A stretch of 64,000 nucleotides of DNA, taken from the IMG/VR virus record IMGVR_UViG_3300008261_003175; one strand, written 5' to 3'. The position numbers were made by a program, and so were the translations under genes. The stretch is from a virus. Each line of letters opens with the position of its first letter. Positions within the stretch are counted from its first letter, which is position 1. The notes under the pieces are model-generated. The model saw nothing but the letters and a program-made list of their open reading frames with translations. It was not told the DNA's origin and ran no database searches. This document shows, piece after piece, positions 9,058-19,348 of this stretch.

Positions 9058-10127
9058 TATCTTATAATTTTAAAAATACAATTACCATCGCTTACAACAG
9101 TTTCTCCAGAATTTAATATACTTTTTATTAGTATCTTATAATATCTTTCAGGTTCTAAACCGTTGATATACAGATTAAAATAACTTCCGTTAGTATCGCA
9201 GCTTACTTTTGTGTATGAATTATCAAAATCGATAATCATATCTTCTGTTTTTACGTCTTGTATCCCCCAATAAGAGCTACTAGGTAACGCTTTATTTACT
9301 GTGTATATAGACGCTGTGGAGAAAGTTCTAACGGGATATTTATCTCTTGCGGTTATTCTAAAAACGTATTTTTCCGATTTGTTTTTTATGTAATACGGAT
9401 TATTAGATACATTCAAAACAGTATTGGAACTATTAATAACCTGCAAACTTCCAGTATCGTACACTGAATCATCCCATCGCATTTCTAAGCAAGGAGGAAA
9501 TATAGTTCTAGTGTCTATACTAAAGAAACTTAAAGCTATATATGAATCGCTATTGTTTTCTACACTTGAAGTATGCTTTATTAATATTCCGTAGTTATTT
9601 TGTCCATTAACCCAATTAGAAAATATACTTGTGACGTTTACTTCTACATCTTTATTATCATTATAAGAAAAACTTTGAGTGGTAGGAGACGTTGTCCAAG
9701 AACCTCCACCAGGCGTTATATAGTAAGAAGTGTTTGTCCAATTATTTGAAGACCCAGAATAAGACGCTGTGCTATACCAAGAAACTCCGTTAAAGATAGA
9801 TGGATTATCTAAGTACTTACCAGTACCCATAATCCAAGAATTGTTTATCTGGTGAAAATTTAAAGTATATGGCGACGTTAAATTCTCAGCATTAGATAGA
9901 TATAGTTTTAAATATACATTGTAAGCATTTGAACTTCTTAATGTATTAATTTTCTGAATGTCAGAATCGCTAAATTTTATTAGAGATCTTCTAATATCAT
10001 CTGACCCAGCCGCTACTAGTGAATTTTTTACAGATACTTCTAAAATTTCATCTAATCCAGTATTTTTAGTTGGATATGCAGAATATATAGTAGAGTCTGC
10101 CTCAGGAAATATTTTATATACTGACAT
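9057..10127 (-). CDS. Putative virion protein (DNRLRE-like beta domain)
   Basis: ADSTIYS...N.G.D.ILEV...RRSLIKF...P.LE pattern. Confidence 0.5.
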   Translation of the reverse strand: MSVYKIFPEADSTIYSAYPTKNTGLDEILEVSVKNSLVAAGSDDIRRSLIKFSDSDIQKINTLRSSNAYNVYLKLYLSNAENLTSPYTLNFHQINNSWIMGTGKYLDNPSIFNGVSWYSTASYSGSSNNWTNTSYYITPGGGSWTTSPTTQSFSYNDNKDVEVNVTSIFSNWVNGQNNYGILIKHTSSVENNSDSYIALSFFSIDTRTIFPPCLEMRWDDSVYDTGSLQVINSSNTVLNVSNNPYYIKNKSEKYVFRITARDKYPVRTFSTASIYTVNKALPSSSYWGIQDVKTEDMIIDFDNSYTKVSCDTNGSYFNLYINGLEPERYYKILIKSILNSGETVVSDGNCIFKIIR

Positions 10128-10145
10128 TTAAATATTTTTTTATTG

Positions 10146-11999
10146 TTAAAAAGTAACTACTCTGCCTTGAATATCTTTATCTAGATATTTAACTTCAAAA
10201 ATGCTCGGATCTAAAGAAGGATATAGTATATCATTTATTGTTGCGCCTGGTATATCGTAAGAATATTTAGAATAACCAGAAGATTCTCCATATAGATTGG
10301 TTATTTGTACATTTTGAGTAGTTTGTACGCCTTGAACTTGATCTAATAATGAATACACATTAGATAATATTATAGGTTGATTTATTTGGAAATTGTCTAT
10401 ATTAAAATAATCTTGTAAAGCAGTTATACATCTAGCAATAACGTCTTGACCTGAGAAGTTTGGTCTAATTATCACATCAAAAATACAACCGATATTGATA
10501 ATAAAAGCGCTTTTTATATTTATAGTATCCGTCATCATTCTATATTCGGATAAATATGTATCTATATTTTGAGAAAGCGCTTGAGATGGCTGAGCTAGAT
10601 TAGCATTTGAATCTAATCCAAGTACGTATAAACTAACTAGTGATTGATCTCTATTTGCTGGGCTATTTTTTGAATATTGTACGAATGTAGAATCATCTTT
10701 TGTTACGTATACTTTAGCGACTTTTCCAAATTTAGGATGCATCGATAACACTCTTGACATATAGTCTTGTTGTGTAACTGCTCTTAATTGGCTTGAATAT
10801 TGCACCATTGAGTTCATTCTCAATTCTTCTATCGTATCTCCATCTCCGCCACCTGCTGCAGGAAGAGGGTTATTTGTAACTATAGTATTTTGTTGAGAAG
10901 TATTATTTCCAGTCACTGTAAAAGAAACAGGAACCGTTAGTTGATTGGATTGCGCATTAGATGATGCTCCACCTCCAACTAAATATTGAACTGTTAGAGT
11001 TGTATTTTTTGGAGTTAATCCGTAAGTTTGCGTGGTTACAAAATTAGTAGGATCGAAAGCTGTATTTAGAAGAGTTAAACCGTTTGTCAAACCCATTCCT
11101 ACTGTACTTGGATCTGGTATTATTGCGGAATCTGCTACTGAATTTATACCTGATCCAAATTCTAATACTAGAGATTGATTAGATAAAACTCTACTAATAA
11201 ATCTACGAGGAACGCTTATCTTGTCTATTATATAAGGTACTTGATTGCTAAACTGATTTAAACTTGGGTAATTAGTCGATGTATTTTGTACGGGATTAAA
11301 TATATAATCTTGAGCCAAATAAGGAACCTCATACCAAATATTGCCATCGCTATCAGTTACTTTAACTATAGATATAATATTAGAATCATTTATAGTTATT
11401 CTAGGAAATCTGTCTGAATTACCAAAGGTGAATGTTTGAGATTTTAATTGTCCCGAGATCGCTTTAGCTGATTTCTTTAGAAGATACTTGTCAGGATTTC
11501 CAGAGCTTAAACTATAAATAGAAATATCTGTTGGATCATAAGATGAAGAAATAGTAAAATCTACTTTTTCTGGTATATAGAAATAAGCTGTAGTAGAAAC
11601 ATTAGATTGAACCTGCATTCCGGGTTGAACTACCAATGCGTAATCAAAATCTGGATAATATTGTCCGCCGACTATTTTTGAAGGAACTGTTTGAAACACA
11701 TCTAGATCTGCTATAGCTGCTGAAGTTATTTTAGGTCTATATCCTAGCATGTATGCTAGAGAATATAAATTATTTGGCTGCTTTGCGTATTGTAAAAAAG
11801 TTTCTTGTAATTGATTGTCTAAATAATAAGACAATACGTCGCCAACGTATGCAGCCATTTCTATAAACATAGATCCTGGTGAAGCTTGGCTGAAATCATT
11901 ATATACAGTAGGAAAATAAGATTTAGCGTACTCTATCAAATCTGACTTGAAAGTAGAAAAATCTTTATTTAAATAATTTATTTGTTTATTATTTGCCAT
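10146..11999 (-). CDS. Baseplate wedge subunit (T4 gp6 / baseplate J-like)
   Basis: YLNKDF...DFSQASPGSMFIEMAAYVGDVLSYYLD, LEFGSG, GGGDGDTIEELR, RAVTQQDY. Confidence 0.9.
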   Translation of the reverse strand: MANNKQINYLNKDFSTFKSDLIEYAKSYFPTVYNDFSQASPGSMFIEMAAYVGDVLSYYLDNQLQETFLQYAKQPNNLYSLAYMLGYRPKITSAAIADLDVFQTVPSKIVGGQYYPDFDYALVVQPGMQVQSNVSTTAYFYIPEKVDFTISSSYDPTDISIYSLSSGNPDKYLLKKSAKAISGQLKSQTFTFGNSDRFPRITINDSNIISIVKVTDSDGNIWYEVPYLAQDYIFNPVQNTSTNYPSLNQFSNQVPYIIDKISVPRRFISRVLSNQSLVLEFGSGINSVADSAIIPDPSTVGMGLTNGLTLLNTAFDPTNFVTTQTYGLTPKNTTLTVQYLVGGGASSNAQSNQLTVPVSFTVTGNNTSQQNTIVTNNPLPAAGGGDGDTIEELRMNSMVQYSSQLRAVTQQDYMSRVLSMHPKFGKVAKVYVTKDDSTFVQYSKNSPANRDQSLVSLYVLGLDSNANLAQPSQALSQNIDTYLSEYRMMTDTINIKSAFIINIGCIFDVIIRPNFSGQDVIARCITALQDYFNIDNFQINQPIILSNVYSLLDQVQGVQTTQNVQITNLYGESSGYSKYSYDIPGATINDILYPSLDPSIFEVKYLDKDIQGRVVTF

Positions 12000-12415
12000 T
12001 ATTGAGTATTTTGAATAGCTATAGTTACCGTATCAGAATCTCCAGTATTTAAGATAGTGTAAAAAAATTTTATATTTATTGAATTATCGTCAATATTAGA
12101 TAGTATATCTATATTTTGTACTTCAATGTTAGGAAAATTGCTTTTTACTTGACTAGCGATTCTTAATTTTATTTGATCAAAATTTTCTTGGTTTATTTGT
12201 TCGAATAGTATCAATCTCAATCCACAACCAAAATTAGGATTCTGAGGCCTTTCATACTTATCTGTTAATAAAAAATTAATCAAATTATATTTCAATTGAT
12301 CTTTTGTATTATAGACAGTACTAAAAGCAGATGGTGATTCAAAAGGAATACTTACGCCAACCCCAGTTGAAGTTCGTAGATCGAGTGGAGAAATATTTTT
12401 TATTCCGTAAGCCAT
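11999..12415 (-). CDS. Baseplate protein, gp25/GpW-like
   Basis: QLKYNLINFLLTDKYERPQNPNFGCGLRLILFE. Confidence 0.88.
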   Translation of the reverse strand: MAYGIKNISPLDLRTSTGVGVSIPFESPSAFSTVYNTKDQLKYNLINFLLTDKYERPQNPNFGCGLRLILFEQINQENFDQIKLRIASQVKSNFPNIEVQNIDILSNIDDNSINIKFFYTILNTGDSDTVTIAIQNTQ

Positions 12416-12873
12416 TATATTGCGCCTTTTGATATTAAGTTTTTCATTAATCCTGAATAATCAGGCACCTCGTTTATTTGTACCATAGATATATCAGAGC
12501 TTGGTCTAGCTGTCGCTAACATGCTATTTACATCTCCAATATTAGCTTCTTTTGGTTGAAAAAAATCTATTGGATTTATGTTATCTGTAGTATATGATAA
12601 TGTATCATAATCTTCTCCTTGCATAGACATTGCTGTTTCATTTAATATTGAATTTAAAGGAGAAGAATTTGTAAATTGCAAATTAGATTGTTTTTTGTAT
12701 GTTTCTGCTGTATTTAATGTCATTGGGAATTGAGATTTTTTCATCTCTTTTATAACATTACTTACTCCGGTACTAGACTGTTTATTTTCATGTAGTATCT
12801 TTGGCAGCTCTTCTCTTAGAGCCGCTTTAACTTCCTCTCTAATTAATTTTCTAAGTAAATCTATTTTTGCCAT
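12415..12873 (-). CDS. Hypothetical protein with LRKLIREEV N-terminal motif
   Basis: ORF with an ATATTTAT motif 5 nt upstream of the ATG. Confidence 0.6.
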   Translation of the reverse strand: MAKIDLLRKLIREEVKAALREELPKILHENKQSSTGVSNVIKEMKKSQFPMTLNTAETYKKQSNLQFTNSSPLNSILNETAMSMQGEDYDTLSYTTDNINPIDFFQPKEANIGDVNSMLATARPSSDISMVQINEVPDYSGLMKNLISKGAI

Positions 12874-12895
12874 ATATTATAAATATTATTTTTAA

Positions 12896-15007
12896 TTATT
12901 TTAACGAAGCATTTTCATTCTTTAATTGAGTATTTCTTTGTTCCAATTTTTTTATCTTGTCTTTTAGATCTTTTATTTTTCTTCTCAATAATATTACTGC
13001 AGCTGGATTGGCGACTGTTGCAACTATTGCGGCTGTGTATCTCTTTATTCTAGAATTATGGAAATTAATTTGTTCTAAATTTGCTTTTATTTCGTCTTCA
13101 TTCGCAGATCTCTTAATTTTAGCCACTTTTTTATTTTTGACTTTATTATTCGGATCTGATTTCGCTAAAGAATCTGCAAGTTGTCGTTTTTGTTTTGCCA
13201 TCTGTATTCTCATACGACGACGTAAACGTTTTCCTCCCTTTAGTTTATTTACGAATGCATTTAAATTTAAAGAATCGTCTTCTTCATCTTCTTCCTCATC
13301 TTCGTCTTCATTATCAGGATCGTCATTAATGACATCAATATTCAATTCATCTATCGTGTCTATAGATACAGTGGGATCTTCCAAATAATTAGAAGCCTCC
13401 TCGTAAATATTTAATTCAGCAGCAGATGTAGTTCCTTGTACGGATTTTACTAGATTTTTACTAATTAATAATAACTTTACTTCTTGAATAATAACATTGT
13501 CGTCAGATGCAAAAGTAGGTGTAGATTGAACAATTACGTTTCCGTCTTTATCTAATGCAACGCCGTATCTTCTTTTTCTCGGAATATTTTCATCAGTTAA
13601 TTTTTCGTCTAATATCGAAATGCTATATCCGCCAAATGTTTTTTGTTTGTTTTGTTTATTATTATTGTACGTGTCTAAGTAATTTTTAAAAATAGCTACA
13701 GTTGAATCTAGCTTATTTATAGAATCTTTCATCTCAGAAACCAGAGAAGGATCCATATTATCACAATTTTCTAAATTTAACAAAGATATTTTTAGATTAT
13801 CAGATATTTCTTGTAGTTTAATTATTATGCCATTTATTAAATTAAAAATAGAATCAAGTACAATGCTTATTTCTTGTAATCTATTTTGAAAATACTTTAC
13901 TGTATCTACAATTTTTCCATTAGCTTCTGACATTAATGTTGATAATCCCAAAATCGTAAATATATTAGGCACTGCCAATAATTTTAAAAACTTGTTAATT
14001 ATCTTTAGTACAAAAACTAGTATTAGACAAACCTGTACAATAGTTCTACCTAAATTAACGTAAGATATTATTTGATTACAAACGTTTTGAATGCTAGTTA
14101 AAGTTCTCAAAATACTCTTAATAGTTCTCGCTATTTTCTTTGGATCAATTAATTTATCTAATTTTTTTAGCTGCTCTTGTATTTTACCACCTGCAATATT
14201 ATTTGCAAAACTAACTAAGTCTTTTGGAGTAGATAGCGCTTGTATTGCAATACACACATTTCTTGTTTTATCTATATAATCTAGTGCTTTTTTTACATCT
14301 GCAGAAGCTAGATTTCTCGGATCAGAATATTGAGCGAAAAAAGACAATATATTATTTATGCCATTTTCAAATATTGTAATTTGAGGAAATGCTTGTAGAA
14401 GCTCTGGATTTTTAAATATTTCTTGAGAGTTTACTCCAACAATATTCTCTAAAAACTGTCTTACATCTGTGATTAAATCGCCTAAAGCTGTTGAGCTTGC
14501 AACAGAATTAAAATCTGTATATTCGCTATAGTATCTATCTATTACTCCTTGTACGTCATACGCAGTTTTTTGTAACGTATATTTTACCCTACCATAAGTA
14601 GTATTAATCTCTTGTTTATTTTTTTCTGGATCAAAATTAGAGCCTTGCACTGCATTGGAAGAAGCAATATAGGTGAATAAAGAACATAAATCAATAGATG
14701 AAAATAATTTTACTATGTTTATAAGACCGTAATCTAAAGGATTACTAAATTTTCCGTTTTTTAAACCAAACTCAGAAGTGCCTTTTCCGTAATAGTATTG
14801 ATCTATCTTGTCTTCGATTTTTGTTACTATATCTTGTATAGTGTGACTTATTTTTCCAAATCCTTCTGCAAGACTTGTACCAGGCGGTGGAGGAGTTTTA
14901 ATGGCTCCTTCTAAAGTTTGCGCATTAACAGGATTATTCGGCGCAGAAATGGCGGGTGGCGCGCTACTTACTGATACAGGTGGTTTATTTACAGAATTAT
15001 TTCCCAT
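12896..15007 (-). CDS. Large helical protein with a hydrophobic segment and acidic tract (baseplate hub or ejection candidate)
   Basis: 703 aa; IVQVCLILVFVLKII hydrophobic helix; D/E tract; follows the spike-like genes. Confidence 0.5.
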   Translation of the reverse strand: MGNNSVNKPPVSVSSAPPAISAPNNPVNAQTLEGAIKTPPPPGTSLAEGFGKISHTIQDIVTKIEDKIDQYYYGKGTSEFGLKNGKFSNPLDYGLINIVKLFSSIDLCSLFTYIASSNAVQGSNFDPEKNKQEINTTYGRVKYTLQKTAYDVQGVIDRYYSEYTDFNSVASSTALGDLITDVRQFLENIVGVNSQEIFKNPELLQAFPQITIFENGINNILSFFAQYSDPRNLASADVKKALDYIDKTRNVCIAIQALSTPKDLVSFANNIAGGKIQEQLKKLDKLIDPKKIARTIKSILRTLTSIQNVCNQIISYVNLGRTIVQVCLILVFVLKIINKFLKLLAVPNIFTILGLSTLMSEANGKIVDTVKYFQNRLQEISIVLDSIFNLINGIIIKLQEISDNLKISLLNLENCDNMDPSLVSEMKDSINKLDSTVAIFKNYLDTYNNNKQNKQKTFGGYSISILDEKLTDENIPRKRRYGVALDKDGNVIVQSTPTFASDDNVIIQEVKLLLISKNLVKSVQGTTSAAELNIYEEASNYLEDPTVSIDTIDELNIDVINDDPDNEDEDEEEDEEDDSLNLNAFVNKLKGGKRLRRRMRIQMAKQKRQLADSLAKSDPNNKVKNKKVAKIKRSANEDEIKANLEQINFHNSRIKRYTAAIVATVANPAAVILLRRKIKDLKDKIKKLEQRNTQLKNENASLK

Positions 15008-15450
15008 TATTTTGTAAATGTTACTTTTGATAATGGATACTGAGGATTATCTTTATTTTGCAACCTCGGTATCAAATTTTTACATGTAGTATATAATTTA
15101 TCTCCTGCTGCTTTTATTGCCAAAAAAGATGCTGCTGGAGAAGTATCAGATACGCGTTGAAGTTGAGAAGCTAACGATTGTAAATCTGTAACGATATTTA
15201 AAAATTGTAACAAAAAAGTTTGACCTAATATAATAGGTTCTCCTTGAGTTGACGCCTTATGTCCCAATTCTATTTTATCAGAATCTATCAAAATAGCATT
15301 TTTAGCATCAAAATTTATAGTATCAGTAGAAGATAATGCTACCATCTTTTTACCAAATAAAAAAATACCTTCATTTTTAGAGTGAAGAAGGACTCTATCT
15401 GATGATAATATAATTTGTCTCCCTTTATATGGAAAATTTGGATCTAACAT
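15007..15450 (-). CDS. Baseplate spike (gp5-like) C-terminal beta-helix-type fragment
   Basis: QIILSSDRVLLHSK...INFDAKNAILIDSDKIELG...EPIILG. Confidence 0.55.
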   Translation of the reverse strand: MLDPNFPYKGRQIILSSDRVLLHSKNEGIFLFGKKMVALSSTDTINFDAKNAILIDSDKIELGHKASTQGEPIILGQTFLLQFLNIVTDLQSLASQLQRVSDTSPAASFLAIKAAGDKLYTTCKNLIPRLQNKDNPQYPLSKVTFTK

Positions 15451-15464
15451 ATTTTATTTTTTTA

Positions 15465-16430
15465 TTATTCACTATCGTTTGTAATTTCTTGCGCACTATC
15501 TTGAAAATTATTAGTGACAGTGTTTATGTTTACCGCATTTTTATCCTGATCAGCTGCGGATACAAATTCATTGGTTTTAAAATATCTTTCAGGACGCTTA
15601 GCATCTGCCACTTGAGGATTGTTAGAATTACTAGTAGCATACGATCTTTTTGGAAATAGATTAATGTCAGTCATTATAATGCTGTGATCTTCTGTTAAGT
15701 AAATTGAAGATCCGTCTTTATTAATGTCTTCAAAAAATGTTGGTGAATCTATCTCAGCACTAGTAGGAAATCTTTGTTTATTAGAAATAATAGTAATAGG
15801 TTTTCCATTATCAGTATTATCTGACCATGTATTGTACTTATTCATGTTTGGCACACTTGATCCGAATCTAATTGATTGACCAAACCGGCCTTGAATTATT
15901 ATGTCGCCTTCAAAAGGTCTAAGTTGTTTTATGTTTTCTTGTTCGTCAAAAGTGAAACCTTGTGCAACTGGAATATTACCTACTGGACCTTCAGAATCAT
16001 AATCGGAAGAAATTCTAGTATTTTTAATTTGAGCAGCGTATTGTTCCAATCTTGGAAATACATTATGATGAGCATCTCCCCATGTAGCAAATGGTGGAAG
16101 ATAGTAATAATCTTGCTCTTTTGATCCATCATTCATATTTGAAGAAGGTCCTGAAAAGATTAAAACTTGCTCTCCAATATTAGGATAGTGTCTTATATTT
16201 CCAAACATTGGATACGCTTTTCTTGAATTGTTTGAACTTGCGTTAGTTCCTGATTTATTTATAAATAAAGGTTCGTAGTATATTGCGCCTATATCTTTTT
16301 CGCATGTGAAATCTAAATCCTGAATGGTATTAGTTTTTTGAGACCCTAATATAATTCTATTTACTCTACCCACAAAAAATGGAGGTAATGAACCCTCAGC
16401 GCTTGCACCATTATATACATCAAAAGCCAT
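15465..16430 (-). CDS. Baseplate hub/spike (gp5-like) N-terminal OB-type protein
   Basis: AYPM...YPNIGEQVLI, PFEGDIIIQGRFGQSIRFGS, EDINKDGSSIYLT. Confidence 0.6.
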   Translation of the reverse strand: MAFDVYNGASAEGSLPPFFVGRVNRIILGSQKTNTIQDLDFTCEKDIGAIYYEPLFINKSGTNASSNNSRKAYPMFGNIRHYPNIGEQVLIFSGPSSNMNDGSKEQDYYYLPPFATWGDAHHNVFPRLEQYAAQIKNTRISSDYDSEGPVGNIPVAQGFTFDEQENIKQLRPFEGDIIIQGRFGQSIRFGSSVPNMNKYNTWSDNTDNGKPITIISNKQRFPTSAEIDSPTFFEDINKDGSSIYLTEDHSIIMTDINLFPKRSYATSNSNNPQVADAKRPERYFKTNEFVSAADQDKNAVNINTVTNNFQDSAQEITNDSE

Positions 16431-16435
16431 ATTAA

Positions 16436-16792
16436 TTAATTAATTAGTTTTTTATCGTCTTTTGGAATAATAGAGTTAACTTCACTAAATAATTGAGCTA
16501 TGTCCTTTTCAGATAATAGGCTAGTATCGCCTTCTGCAGATTGAGCTTTCTCAGCAGCTTTTTGAAATAGTTGAAGTATCTTCATAAGAACCTCATCATT
16601 TTTAATACTAGAATCAAAAAAGGCTTTTAACAAAGGCACTATAATAATAGCATCTCCAGGAGAAGATATTAATTCTGACAACCTCTCTATTTCTCCAGTA
16701 AGTCTGCTGTCTTGCGACTTGTGTTTATCGTAGACTTCTTTTACTAGATCAGAGATTTTTTTTCCTTTGAATATTTCTTTATCTAAATCCAT
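16436..16792 (-). CDS. Hypothetical protein
   Basis: 118-aa helical ORF with an upstream ATATTTAT motif. Confidence 0.6.
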   Translation of the reverse strand: MDLDKEIFKGKKISDLVKEVYDKHKSQDSRLTGEIERLSELISSPGDAIIIVPLLKAFFDSSIKNDEVLMKILQLFQKAAEKAQSAEGDTSLLSEKDIAQLFSEVNSIIPKDDKKLIN

Positions 16793-16808
16793 TGTTTTTA
16801 TATAAATA

Positions 16809-17558
16809 TCAATGGTCTATATTTTGAATGTAGTGTTCTAATATACGTTTATATACAGATTTTAATTTTTTTATAACCTTTGTTATTGTTATACTTGGAA
16901 CATCTGCAATTTCTTTTACATAAATAAAAATAGCTTTTTTATTAAAAATATCTATGTTGTTTCTTTTCCTAAAGATTTCAAGTATAGCATCAGCGGTTTT
17001 TAGATCTTCAGCTTTATCGAACATTTCAAATATTTTATCTTCTATTTCTTTAATAAACATGTCGATTACTCCCAATCTATCTATATCGTTAGATTCTGGT
17101 TTTTCAATAAGTAGATCTATTGTCTTCTCTTCGTTGTGTATCTCTTGAAAATCCGTTTTTGAAAGTATTTTTTTATAGTTCTTTTGATTATATAAAATCA
17201 AATACCTTTTTACAATAGTTCCAAAATAAGAATACGCCTTTCCCTTAGATTGATCGTAGAGATCTATCTTTTGAAGTAGAAACGATATTACCTCATATTT
17301 AAGATCTTCGATGTTATCTACATCAGTATAATAGAATTTAAAAGTATGAATTATATTTTCAGCTAATTTATAAAAAGCATTATGAATTTTTTCATTATAC
17401 AATCTATTTTTTTCATCGTATGTTTTAGCAACTCTGTATGCCAATATAGCATTTTCTGTGTCCTCAGTAAAATATACATTTTTTGTTTTAGGCTTTCTTT
17501 TTCTAGGAACTCCTTTTTTAGTCAATTGGACTATTTCTACTTCTTTATTATCACTCAT
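16809..17558 (-). CDS. Late-transcription sigma factor, T4 gp55-like
   Basis: YF...AFYKLAENII...DLKYEVISFLLQKIDLYDQSKGKAYSYFGTIVKRYLI resembles the sigma region 2 of the gp55 family. Confidence 0.7.
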   Translation of the reverse strand: MSDNKEVEIVQLTKKGVPRKRKPKTKNVYFTEDTENAILAYRVAKTYDEKNRLYNEKIHNAFYKLAENIIHTFKFYYTDVDNIEDLKYEVISFLLQKIDLYDQSKGKAYSYFGTIVKRYLILYNQKNYKKILSKTDFQEIHNEEKTIDLLIEKPESNDIDRLGVIDMFIKEIEDKIFEMFDKAEDLKTADAILEIFRKRNNIDIFNKKAIFIYVKEIADVPSITITKVIKKLKSVYKRILEHYIQNIDH

Positions 17559-17823
17559 TTGTTAAATAGTCTTTTATTTGAGATTGTATTTGTTTTACGG
17601 AATCGAATAAGGCATGCAATTCAGGATCTGACTGAACCCATATAGTAGAATCTATTTTTTCTACTGCTTTATCTATTTCTTTAATAGTTAAAAGCATAGA
17701 ATCTATAAAATTATTCTGTTTGATGACAGCATTTTCTAACTTTTTATTCTTATTATATAAATTATATATAACGTAACTTAAAATTGTTAGGGGCCATAGT
17801 ATGACCATTATTAGTGTAAACAT
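17551..17823 (-). CDS. Small membrane-anchored coiled-coil protein
   Basis: N-terminal TM helix MFTLIMVILWPLTILSYVIY. Confidence 0.6.
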   Translation of the reverse strand: MFTLIMVILWPLTILSYVIYNLYNKNKKLENAVIKQNNFIDSMLLTIKEIDKAVEKIDSTIWVQSDPELHALFDSVKQIQSQIKDYLTNE

Positions 17824-17826
17824 ATT

Positions 17827-18465
17827 TTATTTATTTTGATTTTCTATTCGTGATGCTGCTAAGTCAGCTTGATGGACAATATACGGTAGATTGGTTTTTA
17901 ATTCCGCATCTGGAGAATACGTTATGTAGTAAGCCTTATTTGCTTCTTCATATAACCCATCATGCAATTTGATTGTCAAGAATTCATTTTCAGAAACTGG
18001 AATATTAGCTTGTTGGAGGTAGTATAGACTTCTATCAGCTATTCTCATATGAGTCATATTGCTATTGTACTTGTAATGAGCTCCTTGGTTTTTAATATGC
18101 CATTCTGAATCATTAGGAACATAGAAAGGTTGATCATTTGTGCCTAATTTTCCAAGATCGTGATTCAAACACGAGAATACTAACTCTTCAAGAGTGTAAT
18201 TTTTCTTTTGATTGAATTTATCCCACACTCTATCGATTACTAATGCTAATTCTGTAACTCTTAATACGTGATCTAAGTAACCTCCTGGGAAACAATTATG
18301 ATGAGCATCTTTTGTTGATGCTGGAGAATCCACTAATGTCTGCTCTATTGATTTATAGAAGTTTATAAGTTGATCTTTCCTAGATCCAGTAATGTACTTG
18401 TCAATATACTCATAGAATTTATTAACGTTTTCAAGCATTTGTTCAGCTGTTAATTTGAATTTCAT
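17827..18465 (-). CDS. HD-domain phosphohydrolase
   Basis: PAS...HHNCFPGGYLDHV, LNHDLGK, HDG, HQAD. Confidence 0.85.
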   Translation of the reverse strand: MKFKLTAEQMLENVNKFYEYIDKYITGSRKDQLINFYKSIEQTLVDSPASTKDAHHNCFPGGYLDHVLRVTELALVIDRVWDKFNQKKNYTLEELVFSCLNHDLGKLGTNDQPFYVPNDSEWHIKNQGAHYKYNSNMTHMRIADRSLYYLQQANIPVSENEFLTIKLHDGLYEEANKAYYITYSPDAELKTNLPYIVHQADLAASRIENQNK

Positions 18466-18483
18466 AACTCTTTTTATTTTAAT

Positions 18484-18804
18484 TTACGCATTTTTAATGA
18501 TAGTTAACATATTATCTATCGAGTGTACATACGTTAATATAGTTGTGCTATTTAAATTTTTAATTTGATTCAATTGATTAGATTCTTTAGCAAAACAAAT
18601 TAATATTTTTCTATTTGGAAAAGATTCAATAATACACATTGGATAGATATTAGATTTTGTCGCGTTTTCTAATTTTTCGCATGCTAATTGATCAGTTGCG
18701 TATGATACCTCTTTATACTTTATAAAAGAATGATTCAATTCGTTTTTTAACCTATCACAAACAGAGCATCCTTGAAGTGTATATATCGTTATTTTATTCG
18801 TCAT
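18484..18804 (-). CDS. Glutaredoxin/thioredoxin-like protein
   Basis: ITIYTLQGCSVC (CxxC) and cis-Pro YP motif. Confidence 0.75.
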   Translation of the reverse strand: MTNKITIYTLQGCSVCDRLKNELNHSFIKYKEVSYATDQLACEKLENATKSNIYPMCIIESFPNRKILICFAKESNQLNQIKNLNSTTILTYVHSIDNMLTIIKNA

Positions 18805-18810
18805 AAAAAA

Positions 18811-18972
18811 TTAAGTAGTTTCGTTATCTAATTGATCATCATCAAATTCGGGATCATAAATAGCTAATAGAAGAGTCCACATTTTTTGCTCTTCGTCTGT
18901 CATTCCATCGTAAGAAATAGCTAGATATTTGTATATTGCATCTAGTTGTTCTTCTGTTAGTTGTTGCTGCAT
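18811..18972 (-). CDS. Small acidic protein (53 aa, not in the ORF track)
   Basis: MQQQLTEEQLDAIYKYLAISYDGMTDEEQKMWTLLLAIYDPEFDDDQLDNETT*; ATATTTAT 4 nt upstream (alternative ATG at 18978). Confidence 0.6.
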   Translation of the reverse strand: MQQQLTEEQLDAIYKYLAISYDGMTDEEQKMWTLLLAIYDPEFDDDQLDNETT

Positions 18973-18986
18973 AAGCATAAATATGA

Positions 18987-19247
18987 TTACAGGGTATTTG
19001 GCCCAATTTTCTAGTGATGATGATCTTGTTTTTTGTTTTTAACTTATTTTCCAATGCCCTGCGGAAATTTTACCCCCGTCGATTTAATATCATGTCGAAA
19101 TTCATCGGCTTTTTATTAAAAACTATATTTTTATACCTGACGCATTGTTACCTTGATCTTAGCGCCGAGTAGCGAAATGCTTCTTTATTCTACGACTCGC
19201 TCATGGAATCACACCAAGCTACGGTATAGAGCATAAAGTTTCGCAAT
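18987..19247 (-). ncRNA. Putative structured non-coding RNA of unknown class
   Basis: No convincing ORF; several helices with G.U pairs on the minus strand; downstream of an ATATTTAT motif (19252-19259). Confidence 0.5.
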
Positions 19248-19348
19248 TTACATAAATATACAACAATATTTCTATAAAAAAAAATAATTTTTAAAGTACA
19301 TAGAAAAAAAAGTTTTTTATTTCGAGATAAAAACAGTATATTAGTATT

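Noticed and set aside
18854-19054. 66-aa minus-strand ORF from the track
   Set aside because: TTG start inside a predicted RNA helix; the overlapping 53-aa ORF (18811-18972) has an ATG, a promoter motif and a more protein-like composition
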